32,000 nt of DNA from Candidatus Thorarchaeota archaeon (lineage in GTDB: Archaea > Asgardarchaeota > Thorarchaeia > Thorarchaeales > Thorarchaeaceae). A program made the position numbers and the translations under genes. Positions 7,258 through 15,773 of this stretch are shown here, piece after piece (position 1 is the stretch's first letter; each line of letters begins with the position of its first letter). The stretch spans positions 46,954 to 78,953 of the forward strand of contig PRDJ01000039.1 in NCBI GenBank assembly GCA_003345555.1, given 5' to 3'. Below the pieces are notes generated by a model. The model was not told the origin of the DNA and made no database searches. It worked only from the letters and a program-made list of their open reading frames with translations.

Positions 7258-8397
7258 TTGGTAAACACATCGCGAGTTCTTCATCTTGTCAAAGCCCTCG
7301 TAGCCGCGAACTCAGAGAATCCCCCAGGTCGAGAGGATCGGGCCGCCCAAGTCCTACGTGAACACGTGGAGGAACATAGTCTTTCCTGCACGACAATCGG
7401 TCCAGACGAGCGACCGAATCTGGTCGTTTCGACCGATCGTCTTGACGAGGCAGAGCTGGTGCTTCACGGTCATCTTGATACGGTCCCCGTAGGTCCGAGA
7501 GACTCATGGTCGCATGAACCATTTCAGTGTGAGCAGGTGGGTGACAGACTCTATGGGCGAGGAGCCTGTGACATGAAAGGGCCACTAGCAGCATTGGTTG
7601 AGACGATGATAACCTATGCTGACGAAAGGCACGCGAAGCCGCTGCTTATGCTAGCCACGACTGATGAAGAGAGCGGTTCTTCTGGTGCTGACCAAGTAGC
7701 TGCAAGCAAGATCCTAACCGGAGTTCGCTATGGCGTATGCGCGGAACCTACGTCGCTTGAGGTTCTGGTGGGCGAGAAAGGGATGCTATGGGTTCGCGTT
7801 ACTGCTGAAGGGAAGTCAGCCCATGGTTCTAGGCCTGAGGAGGGGATCAATGCCATTGAACTCTGCATAAACGCCGTCAAGATACTGACAAAGCGCCCCT
7901 ATCCGTTCGAGCGAGATTCACTCATGGGAAAGCCGACGATGAACGTAGGTGTCATAAACGGCGGCGTCAAAATCAATGTGGTACCCAATCGGTGTGAAGC
8001 ACTTATCGACATGAGACTAGTGAAAGGGCAGGGCATCGAGTCCACCCTTGAGCAAATGAAGAACAGGTTGAAAGAAGCTGGTCTATCTGAAAGAGTCAGG
8101 GTGGATTATGTCCACGGACTCCCCGCAGTAATCACTCCGATTGATGCAGAGATAGTGTCAGCAAGTCTTGAAGCTGTTGAGAAGGTGACGGGCCGAGCAC
8201 AGCGACCCCGTGCCGCAACGTTTGGCACGGACTGTTCTGTTCTGCAACCCAAGATAGGCATCCTGAATGTGATTTGCGGGGCAGGTTCAATTGAACAGGC
8301 GCATCAACCTGATGAGTACGTTTCTGTGGAGCAGTTGCTCTCTTCTGTTGATGTCTATCTCCATATAGCGAGGCACTTTGCTCGCGACATCTCTTGA
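7258..8397 (+). CDS. M20-family metallo-deacylase (ArgE/DapE-like)
   Basis: HGHLDTVP, GRGACDMKG, TTDEE, AEPT, GKSAHGS and AHQPDE motifs. The likely start is TTG 7258 (MVNTSRV); the track start at 7174 adds a non-homologous leader. Confidence 0.9.
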   Translation: MVNTSRVLHLVKALVAANSENPPGREDRAAQVLREHVEEHSLSCTTIGPDERPNLVVSTDRLDEAELVLHGHLDTVPVGPRDSWSHEPFQCEQVGDRLYGRGACDMKGPLAALVETMITYADERHAKPLLMLATTDEESGSSGADQVAASKILTGVRYGVCAEPTSLEVLVGEKGMLWVRVTAEGKSAHGSRPEEGINAIELCINAVKILTKRPYPFERDSLMGKPTMNVGVINGGVKINVVPNRCEALIDMRLVKGQGIESTLEQMKNRLKEAGLSERVRVDYVHGLPAVITPIDAEIVSASLEAVEKVTGRAQRPRAATFGTDCSVLQPKIGILNVICGAGSIEQAHQPDEYVSVEQLLSSVDVYLHIARHFARDIS

Positions 8398-8531
8398 TTC
8401 CTCCGCAGTAGCGTCCACAATGAACCGCACTAGCAGCATGTAGTGGACAAGATTCTGCCAATACGTAGAAACCTACTTATCGATGTTTGCCGGCAGCATG
8501 AGTCGGGCCTGCTGGCTCGGGGCAAAACCAG

Positions 8532-9026
8532 ATGCACGACGTTACTTTTGTCATGTTCTTGCAGAGCCCTCTTGCTCTCTTGCTCCTTACTGCCGGGCTT
8601 GTTCTGAAGAAACGCTCCAAAAAGCCCACGAAGGCTCCGTACGAGAAACAGATTCGTTCCATGATCACAGCGATTGACAAGGGAAAGACTGTCACAGCTC
8701 CTGCCACTGATAGTCGTCTGGAGATTATCACCGACCTCTTTGAGAGCAAGATGAAAGCTGTAGGTCTGGAGCCGTCTCAGGATTCGGGCTACGTACCTAC
8801 CGGTTTCACACCTCTAGCTACCTTTCTTCACGAGCATGGTGCATCAGAAGATATCGTGGGCGCAATGCTCTCAGGTTTGAAAGAGGCCAATTCTGAGTCA
8901 GAAGTTCTCGATATGATCGACGCGGCAGCAGAGTCGAAGGAAATTGACTTGCGCGGATCGACGTTGGCCAAAGCCAAAGAGCTTGCTATGCTCGAATGGA
9001 AACGTTCCGGACACGACACGTCGTAG
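8532..9026 (+). CDS. Hypothetical membrane-anchored protein
   Basis: N-terminal hydrophobic stretch (FVMFLQSPLALLLLTAGLVL) followed by KKRSKK (positive-inside), then a soluble helical domain; 12 nt upstream of alaX. Confidence 0.75.
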   Translation: MHDVTFVMFLQSPLALLLLTAGLVLKKRSKKPTKAPYEKQIRSMITAIDKGKTVTAPATDSRLEIITDLFESKMKAVGLEPSQDSGYVPTGFTPLATFLHEHGASEDIVGAMLSGLKEANSESEVLDMIDAAAESKEIDLRGSTLAKAKELAMLEWKRSGHDTS

Positions 9027-9038
9027 AGGGAGAATCCC

Positions 9039-9767
9039 TTGACCGAGTTACTACATATGCAGGATAACTATCTCCGAGAGTTTGACGGACGGGTTGCCAG
9101 CATAAGTGAAGGTGCTGTCGTTCTTGACAGGACCTGCTTCTATCCAGAAGGAGGAGGGCAGATCGGCGACAAGGGCACTCTTAGCGACAGCAAGAGCACA
9201 TTCCAAGTTACGGACACTAGGAAAGTGGATGATGAGGTTCGACATATCTGCGCAGGTATTATTCCGCAGGGATTTGGTCCAGTGGTTCATGGGTCTCTTG
9301 ACTGGAATTCACGTTACGAATGCATGCGTTTCCATACTGCACAGCACGTTCTTTCTCGTTATCTCCTCTTGAACTATGGACTTGAGACAGTGGGAAATAT
9401 GGTCAAGCCGGGCGAGAGCAGAGCCGACTACCAGCAAGTGGATCACATAACTGAAGATATGAAAAGGGAAGTTGAGGCGGGTGTCAATTCCATTCTTGCC
9501 CGCAACCTCGATATCGCCATTCGCTTCATGCCGCGCGAAGAGGCCATCACTTTTCTGCAGGAAGCCGGCTATCAGGTGAGGTACCTCGAGATGGTTCCTA
9601 AGTCGGTCTCCGAATTCAGGGTTGTCGCCGTGGGTGACTACGACTTCGCCTCATGTGCAGGCACGCATGTGGCCAACACCGGGGAAATCGGGAGAATCGT
9701 AATCGGGAAGAGTAAGAACGTGGGAGCAGGAAAGCAGCGGATATACTTCTCACTGTCTCGCGCGTGA
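9039..9767 (+). CDS. alaX: Free-standing alanyl-tRNA editing protein (AlaX-M type)
   Basis: LDRTCFYPEGGGQIGDKG, HxxxH (HTAQH) and CxxxH (CAGTH) zinc-binding editing motifs. Confidence 0.93.
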   Translation: MTELLHMQDNYLREFDGRVASISEGAVVLDRTCFYPEGGGQIGDKGTLSDSKSTFQVTDTRKVDDEVRHICAGIIPQGFGPVVHGSLDWNSRYECMRFHTAQHVLSRYLLLNYGLETVGNMVKPGESRADYQQVDHITEDMKREVEAGVNSILARNLDIAIRFMPREEAITFLQEAGYQVRYLEMVPKSVSEFRVVAVGDYDFASCAGTHVANTGEIGRIVIGKSKNVGAGKQRIYFSLSRA

Positions 9768-9842
9768 ACCCGTCATGTCATAAGCATCTCGGGCCAAAGA
9801 CTTTATTCAGCCTGAGTATCTCGGGAAGGCAGTGTGAAAGAG

Positions 9843-11138
9843 ATGAAAGCACTGGTTCTGACTGCAGGCGTCGGTAATAGGCTCAGGCCTCTCACTGCCA
9901 ATCGATCAAAGTCGATGCTCATGATAGCTGGCAAACCTGTGGTGCAGTACATTATCGATAGTCTCAAAGAAAACGACATACGAGATATCACGATTGTTGT
10001 GGGACACGGCAAACAGGAGCTTATGGACTACATTGAGCAGGGTGGTGACGAGGACATCAGCATCCGCTATGTCCACCAACTCGAACAGAAGGGAGTGGAA
10101 AATGCAATACTCTGTGCAAGAGATGAGCTGGGCGACGAGGAGGAGTTCCTTGCTGTGCACGGAGACGTTCTGGTCGAGCCCGAAATGGTCGCACGTGCAC
10201 TCGAAAATCACGAAACGCAGGACGCCTACATGACTTATCTCGTGACACTTGTCTCAAACCCTGAGCAGTTTGGCACCGTGAAGATAGGCCGAAATGGGAT
10301 GGTGGAGCGGCTTGTGGAGAAGGGTGGTCCCGACCGCTATGTAAGCAACTACGCAGTGGCGGGCTTGACCGTATTCAACCGAGAGATCTTCTCACTGCTT
10401 TCAAAGCATGGAACCATGGAACGCGCAATCGAATCTGTAATCACAGGCGGTAAGAGAGTTGGCGCCGCTGTCTGGGAGAAGGAGTGGGCCGAATTCACAT
10501 GGCCATGGGACATTCTTAAGGCAAACAGGATTGTCATGGATAGAAAGCTGAAGGGCCATGGGACATTCATAGCCGAGTCTGCAGAGATTCATAAGAACGT
10601 GGTACTAGAAGGGCCAGTCTTCATTGATGAGGGAAGCATCATCCGCCCTGGTACGACTCTGCACGGCCCGATATATATCGGAAAGGGAGTCTATATCGGG
10701 AACAACTCGCTCGTGAGGGACTACGCAAGTCTGTGTGATAACGTTCACATAGGCTACGCTGTTGAAGTGAGGAACAGCATGGTTTTCGAACGAGTGAAGA
10801 TTGGAAGAATGACTTACTTAGCTGATAGTCTCGTGGGTGCTGACGCTGTCATAGAAGCCGGGGTCCAGCTCTGGAACTGGAGACCGGGAAATCAGCCACT
10901 TTACCTGCGGGAACCGGAAGAGAAGATACGAGTGCCGATGAGTAAGTTCGGGGCTATCATAGGCGATGGCGTTATCATCGGAGTGAATACGTCAATCTAT
11001 CCCGCTACGCGTATCGGGGAGAATAGTGTCATTGCAGCAGGGTGCATAATTGACGAGGACATCCCGCCTGACAGCGATGTCCGAGTACAACAGAACCTTT
11101 CAATCACCAAGCGTTCTGATTCCCAAAGCTGTGAGTAG
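9843..11138 (+). CDS. Sugar-phosphate nucleotidyltransferase with C-terminal left-handed beta-helix (archaeal bifunctional GlmU-like)
   Basis: LTAGVGNRLRPLT..K nucleotidyltransferase signature; hexapeptide repeats (GPVFIDEGSII, GAIIGDGVIIGVN). ATG 9843; GTG 9834 is an alternative start. Confidence 0.9.
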   Translation: MKALVLTAGVGNRLRPLTANRSKSMLMIAGKPVVQYIIDSLKENDIRDITIVVGHGKQELMDYIEQGGDEDISIRYVHQLEQKGVENAILCARDELGDEEEFLAVHGDVLVEPEMVARALENHETQDAYMTYLVTLVSNPEQFGTVKIGRNGMVERLVEKGGPDRYVSNYAVAGLTVFNREIFSLLSKHGTMERAIESVITGGKRVGAAVWEKEWAEFTWPWDILKANRIVMDRKLKGHGTFIAESAEIHKNVVLEGPVFIDEGSIIRPGTTLHGPIYIGKGVYIGNNSLVRDYASLCDNVHIGYAVEVRNSMVFERVKIGRMTYLADSLVGADAVIEAGVQLWNWRPGNQPLYLREPEEKIRVPMSKFGAIIGDGVIIGVNTSIYPATRIGENSVIAAGCIIDEDIPPDSDVRVQQNLSITKRSDSQSCE

Positions 11139-11140
11139 GA

Positions 11141-11812
11141 TCAGTCCTGGCTGTCAATATGCGTTTTCGCGACAAGCTTTTCATCAATATAGAGAGCGAC
11201 TGAATCTTCTCTCACTAGAAGCTTCACACTAGACCCGGGCAGGATGGTTACTCCTTGGAACACATAACCCCCGACGTGGGCTTGACAATCCCCGCCAATT
11301 GCCGTGTCATGGATGGTTTCCGTCAAAGAGACACCGTAGCTCGATGGTACAATCTTTAGTAAGTCAAGCAAGCGGTCCAGCTGTTTCGTTTCATGCTGTG
11401 TCAGGTACTCTCTCACAGTCTGATAGCCGAGATACCTATCTCGACCCCTGCCAACTACTTGGTCACGATATCGTCCGGTCGTAATCCTTTCAGCGGCGAG
11501 GTAGACCCCAAGCCCTCTCTCAATTGCATCGAGGTCTGTTCTTTCTTCTGCACGCCTCGAAGTGGACACGCAGGGATGGCTCATTTCATGAGCCAGTAGA
11601 CCTAGCAACGCGCACTGGTGCCATCGCTGGGCAGTCTTGTCACAAACAAGACTGATTGCCTCGCGTGGGTTGGTCCACCTTATTTCAGCGAACGAGGACA
11701 GCCTGCTCCACTTTGCCCTCAGAGGCTGGTCAACGAGTTCTGGGTATGCGTATCTGGAAAGATTCGATACAAGCATGCTGAGCTCAGAGTCGGAGTGTTT
11801 CTCCCTTCTCAT
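11141..11812 (-). CDS. Hypothetical protein with HExxH zinc-metalloprotease-like motif
   Basis: 223-aa ORF convergent on the GlmU-like gene; LLAHEMSH motif followed by acidic residues (EERTD). Confidence 0.7.
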   Translation of the reverse strand: MRREKHSDSELSMLVSNLSRYAYPELVDQPLRAKWSRLSSFAEIRWTNPREAISLVCDKTAQRWHQCALLGLLAHEMSHPCVSTSRRAEERTDLDAIERGLGVYLAAERITTGRYRDQVVGRGRDRYLGYQTVREYLTQHETKQLDRLLDLLKIVPSSYGVSLTETIHDTAIGGDCQAHVGGYVFQGVTILPGSSVKLLVREDSVALYIDEKLVAKTHIDSQD

Positions 11813-11936
11813 TGGTCATCACGCAAGCAAGCATAATGGCGGCACTTAAGCCTGAGTCACACTTTTTCAGCGAATCCGCAGTCGCCGCTGCCCGGGTTGA
11901 CACAAATTGCCAACATTCACACAACAACGCATGAGC

Positions 11937-11946
11937 ATATTTAAAA
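11937..11946 (+). promoter_or_regulatory. Putative TATA box of rps25e
   Basis: ATATTTAAAA ~53 nt upstream of the inferred start; GGAG SD-like sequence at 11991-11994. Confidence 0.5.
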
Positions 11947-11998
11947 GCCAAACTCCAGATTCCCGCGAAGGAACCGTCCCAAATCAACTAGGAGAGTA

Positions 11999-12814
11999 AT
12001 TGCCATCAGCAAGAAGAAGTGGGGAAAGCCTGCCGCAAAGACCGAGCGATTGGTGCGAGAAGCAGTTCCCAAGCCAGAGACACTTCAGGAAGTGGATGAC
12101 TACCTCAAGAAGGTCAGATCAACAACGGTTTTTGATGTGGCCAATCGGTTCAACATTCGTATGAGTGTTGCTCGGAGTATATTGGCGGAAAGAGAGGCAA
12201 ACGGCAGTCTTGTTCCGTACGTGCGCGATGGCGGATTCGTAGCATACTCAACTCCAGCTGAAATGGAGAAACGTCAGTCGGGTCGTGCCGTCCTTATCGC
12301 TGATGCACTCGAGGAGGTCGCATCATCTGTCACTCATGAGAGTCTTATGACTGACCAGGTGGAAACAGCGTTGGCAGCAGCTGCCAGCATGGCAGTGGTG
12401 AAGCCGGGCAAGATTGCACGCCAGAGACGAGAGTTTGGCGAAAGAAAAGAGAAGACAAGGGATCGGAGACCCGAAGTCCTCGTGCAGCCTTTGGAAGGCG
12501 AAGGCGAGACTGGGCGAACGCTGGAACCAGAAAGGGGATTCACTCGGCCGGTTGCTCCGAAGGAGACTCCCCGGGAGGTAGCGCCGAAGACCGCTATCGT
12601 ATCGCCAGAGGCCCCACAAGCGAGTTCCCGTTCGAAGAAGACTCCATCCAAGCCCGAAAAGCCCGCCAGACCTGCGGCGAAGCCAAAAGAGAAAGCCGGG
12701 CCCAAGAAGAAGCCTGAGGCCGCAGCGAAGAAGCCTGCCAAGCCTGCGCAGAAGGCTCAAGTCAGGAAGAAACCATCTTCCGAAAAGCCGACCAAGACCG
12801 TCAAGAAGAAGTAG
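11999..12814 (+). CDS. rps25e: 30S ribosomal protein eS25 with a long Lys/Pro/Ala-rich C-terminal extension
   Basis: Winged-helix core (TTVFDVANRFNIRMSVARSILAE...G.L) typical of eS25. The in-frame sequence upstream of the track start encodes SKKKWGK (the eS25 KKKW motif). No ATG/GTG/TTG occurs in frame between the stop at 11942-11944 and TTG 12050; ATT 11999 is the inferred start. Confidence 0.75.
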   Translation: MAISKKKWGKPAAKTERLVREAVPKPETLQEVDDYLKKVRSTTVFDVANRFNIRMSVARSILAEREANGSLVPYVRDGGFVAYSTPAEMEKRQSGRAVLIADALEEVASSVTHESLMTDQVETALAAAASMAVVKPGKIARQRREFGERKEKTRDRRPEVLVQPLEGEGETGRTLEPERGFTRPVAPKETPREVAPKTAIVSPEAPQASSRSKKTPSKPEKPARPAAKPKEKAGPKKKPEAAAKKPAKPAQKAQVRKKPSSEKPTKTVKKK

Positions 12815-12827
12815 GAATATTCCTACT
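12810..12827. repeat. Perfect 18-bp palindrome at the rps25e stop (possible terminator or stability hairpin)
   Basis: AGTAGGAATATTCCTACT is its own reverse complement and lies between convergent genes. Confidence 0.5.
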
Positions 12828-12978
12828 ATCAAGCGGTCGTCCGGCTGTCTACAGAATCACGTTCAGTCAGGGTCATCGCCACTAGGTCCCACGAGTACGT
12901 CGACAGAATCCGAGTCACCGATGGAAAGATAGGATGAGGCAAGAAACAAAGAGTATCTTGCCTTTCCAAAACTCGATC

Positions 12979-13623
12979 TCACTTCATGCCAGCTATTTGC
13001 CTATCAAGATCCTCAAGCTGCGAATCCAGTTCGGCTTCCTTGGTCTTGTAGTCCTCTTCTGGAATGTATCCTCTCATGTAGTCAAAGCGCAAGTCAGTCA
13101 AGGCAGCCTTCAAACGATCCTTCTGTTGCAGAAGGAAGTCGAGTTGGTCGCTAGAACCTGCAGGCGCTGCTGGAGCTGGAGCAGGAGCTACCTTTGCTGC
13201 GGGTGCAGCAGGCGCTGACTTCGCTGGGGCCGGAGCTAGTGCCGATTTCGCGGGAGCGGGTGCTGGCGCAGGCTTTGGCGTAGGTGCTGGAGCTGCTTTT
13301 GGAGTTGCAGCAGCCTTCGGAGGAGCTGTCGGTGCAGCCCTCGGTGGCGCAGTCGGGGCAGCAGCCTCTGCCGACAATGAGCTTGGTTGTACTGCCTCCA
13401 TAGTCTCCATGTTACGCCTAAGAGTGTCAATCTGGTCAGCAATCTGAGTAAAGCTATCATTGATGGTCTGATTAATCGCGGTCTTCATCCTTGCCAAGTT
13501 CTCTGCCAGCTGATCGGCAAGCTTCTTTGTCTCCGCGACCTTGTTAGCAAAGCTTTCTATCGCCCTGAGCTTCTGGTTCAGCTCTTCCATTTGTCTTTGA
13601 ATAGCGCTAAAATCGAAGGCCAT
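12979..13623 (-). CDS. Coiled-coil / Pro-Ala linker / C-terminal helical hairpin (SHOCT- or steadiness-box-like) protein
   Basis: Heptad-rich N-terminus (aa 1-76), ~70-aa AP/PA-rich linker, C-terminal LTDLRFDYMRGYIPEEDYKTKEAEL. Confidence 0.8.
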   Translation of the reverse strand: MAFDFSAIQRQMEELNQKLRAIESFANKVAETKKLADQLAENLARMKTAINQTINDSFTQIADQIDTLRRNMETMEAVQPSSLSAEAAAPTAPPRAAPTAPPKAAATPKAAPAPTPKPAPAPAPAKSALAPAPAKSAPAAPAAKVAPAPAPAAPAGSSDQLDFLLQQKDRLKAALTDLRFDYMRGYIPEEDYKTKEAELDSQLEDLDRQIAGMK

Positions 13624-13720
13624 GTATACTCACCTGATGGACAGCCTCTGTGCATGAAAGTCTGGGCTGTCGTTCTTAACCTTTGTCGTCATCAACTCCG
13701 TCACCTGCGCGTATGGGAGC

Positions 13721-14578
13721 CTACGCAGGCACCGGTTTGGCTTCACCCTTTCCTTCAAGGATGGCTTTCCGGATGATTTGAATGAGGCGGTCTCTATAGG
13801 AGATGTCTATCGCGACGAGCTCGTAAGTGGCGATTCCGAGAATCTGGCCCACTCTCTCAGGAGTCAGAGCAGTGGGCAGGTCTTGCTTGTTGGCGATGCC
13901 AATTACCTTGGCTTCAGGAACCTCCTCTTTGACCAGAGACACCAACTTCTTGCTACGCAAAACGTTCTCAAGGGTACTATCGGTCACAATGATGACAACT
14001 TGGGCATTCGCTATCATCTTGGCCCAGAGGATACTAAACCGCGATTGACCCGCAAGGTCCCAGAGTACTATGTTCGCATTTTGGACTTCGTCCGGGAGCT
14101 TCTTTATCGATACACCGATTGTAGGATCATGTACCAGTGGAAGTGTCTCTCCCCTGAGCAGATGCAGTGTGGTGGTCTTGCCAACGCCTGCGTATCCAAG
14201 AATCGCCACCTTCACCATTGTCACTGCTATCTCGTCGACCTTTGCATCAAGACCTTCCAAGGGGAGGTTCGCTTCTGCAAGGGTTGCGAAGTCCTTTATG
14301 AAGGCATCAACTAGCTGCGTCATCCGCTCCTCTATCTGAGCTGTGTCGTCGGCCTTGTCGGCCACAAACATGAATACGAAGTCGCGTCGAGCAGCATAGA
14401 ATATCCTTGTCCCTGAGAAACCCATGTACTCTGTCTTTCCCTCCAGGTCAACTGAGGAAATGAAATGAGCGAAATTCACTAGGAACTCAACCAGTCCCTC
14501 TCCTGATTCGCTCTTGGCGTATTCTTTGGAATATATGACATTGCTCTGTTGTCCAAGTATGTATAGGCTTCTAATCAT
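13721..14578 (-). CDS. Longin-domain::small GTPase (Arf/Rab-like) fusion
   Basis: N-terminal longin fold (MIRSLYILGQQSNVIYSKEY, as in sigma/mu adaptin N-termini); G1 GYAGVGKT, G2 PTIG, G3 WDLAGQ, G4 NKQD. ATG 14578 overlaps the upstream TGA (ATGA coupling). Confidence 0.9.
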   Translation of the reverse strand: MIRSLYILGQQSNVIYSKEYAKSESGEGLVEFLVNFAHFISSVDLEGKTEYMGFSGTRIFYAARRDFVFMFVADKADDTAQIEERMTQLVDAFIKDFATLAEANLPLEGLDAKVDEIAVTMVKVAILGYAGVGKTTTLHLLRGETLPLVHDPTIGVSIKKLPDEVQNANIVLWDLAGQSRFSILWAKMIANAQVVIIVTDSTLENVLRSKKLVSLVKEEVPEAKVIGIANKQDLPTALTPERVGQILGIATYELVAIDISYRDRLIQIIRKAILEGKGEAKPVPA

Positions 14579-15684
14579 TGCTCGCCACTCCACTTCTCGG
14601 CAAGTATCTCAAGATGTCTTCTGGCAATCTCAGGGGTTATCTCGTCGTTAGACAGCTTATCTGCTATCAGCGGCAGAACAAACTCTGGGATAAATGATTC
14701 CATGATTGGGTTGGTCACCAAAGCCCAGATTCCTTCTCCGATTTGTGCCGCAACATTTTCAGACTCTAAGCTGAATAGCGCGTTTTGAACGATTTCTTCC
14801 TGAAGCAGCGTTCTGTTCGATATCTCTCTCACTGAAAGCGGCTCATCTCGCAGAGAAGTTAGGACCTTGTATTCGATCTTCTTGGAAAGCACTCTCGCGA
14901 TCTTTTCCCTGTCTTCGACCAGCGGTGAATTGGGGTCGTCGCTGGGTATCGTGGGGTTGTATCCTCGGCTCGGAGGTGGCGGTGCGAAGAACTCAGCAAC
15001 TCGCTGTTGGTACTGAGCGGCGAGCCCGGGCATGGATTTCCTAGCTTTCGTGATGGCTTCAACTGGCGGGGCCCTGTAGGCAAATACGTCCTTTACTAGA
15101 AACACGGCCTCGATGCCTTTTCCTATGATTTCGACGTTGACGATACCAGAGTCCATCAAAGGTAAGATGGACTCCCGCAAATCCACGGAGTCGCTCTGGA
15201 CTTGGCTCTTGAGCCAAATCGAGAGCTTCGCAGCTCTCTCGACTCCTTCGTTCTCAATCTTTTCAAGTACCAATCCTGATGATGGTGTCAGGAATATCTG
15301 GGCATATCTCTGTTCTTCGCTAGCTTCCCCTAGGCTGCTGTGGCTCTCGAGTATCTCATCAAGGTGAACCAGCTCAGGATTCTCGACCATGAGCTCAATT
15401 ATCAGTCTCCCCATCCCTGGTATTTCTTCCTTAAGCCCTTCATAGTCCTCGTCAGCGGTCAAGACGAAGCATGCCATCCAGCGGGGACGCGCTCTGTCTA
15501 CAAAGGAGACTATCCGCACGTTGTCGATTTCACTGTACCTTAAGTTCTCCTTCTCTTCCTTCTCATGTTCATAGAATATCAAGTTCAGGATCTTCTCGTT
15601 CAGCGAGAAAGAGAAGGGATGTCTCTTCTCGACAACAAAACCTTGGTAGTCGTCTAGGTGGACCACGAATATTGCTTGTGGCAT
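14575..15684 (-). CDS. uDENN/longin-like N-terminal domain plus two winged-helix-like domains (NPRL2/FLCN-like architecture)
   Basis: N-terminal AIFVVHLDDYQGFVVEKRHP matches the uDENN pattern (hydrophobic strand-D-x-x-x-G-x-x-x-x-x-x-P); HTH-like segments DLRESILPLMDSGIV and PLSVREISNRTLLQEEIVQNALFSLESENV. ATG 15684; GTG 15693 is an alternative. Confidence 0.7.
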   Translation of the reverse strand: MPQAIFVVHLDDYQGFVVEKRHPFSFSLNEKILNLIFYEHEKEEKENLRYSEIDNVRIVSFVDRARPRWMACFVLTADEDYEGLKEEIPGMGRLIIELMVENPELVHLDEILESHSSLGEASEEQRYAQIFLTPSSGLVLEKIENEGVERAAKLSIWLKSQVQSDSVDLRESILPLMDSGIVNVEIIGKGIEAVFLVKDVFAYRAPPVEAITKARKSMPGLAAQYQQRVAEFFAPPPPSRGYNPTIPSDDPNSPLVEDREKIARVLSKKIEYKVLTSLRDEPLSVREISNRTLLQEEIVQNALFSLESENVAAQIGEGIWALVTNPIMESFIPEFVLPLIADKLSNDEITPEIARRHLEILAEKWSGEQ

Positions 15685-15773
15685 GCCATGCACTGATATG
15701 TGTTCGTAGCCGTTCGGTTAAATGTTTGACTCCGATGTTCTATCCCCTGCGGGTCATATTCAAGAGGATGAGG

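Noticed and set aside
3393-8397. A lysine (DAP) biosynthesis cluster: dapA + dapA + dapE
   Set aside because: Neither DapA-like protein has Arg138, copy B lacks the catalytic Lys, both are Fae fusions, the M20 enzyme cannot be assigned to DapE over ArgE or other deacylases from motifs, and no dapB/dapD/lysA is present.
12323-12832. Long antisense or alternative-frame ORFs (e.g. 1227-1943, 12323-12832, 13387-13776, 17875-18363, 19061-19573)
   Set aside because: They are shadows of well-supported genes in another frame or on the opposite strand, with atypical composition.
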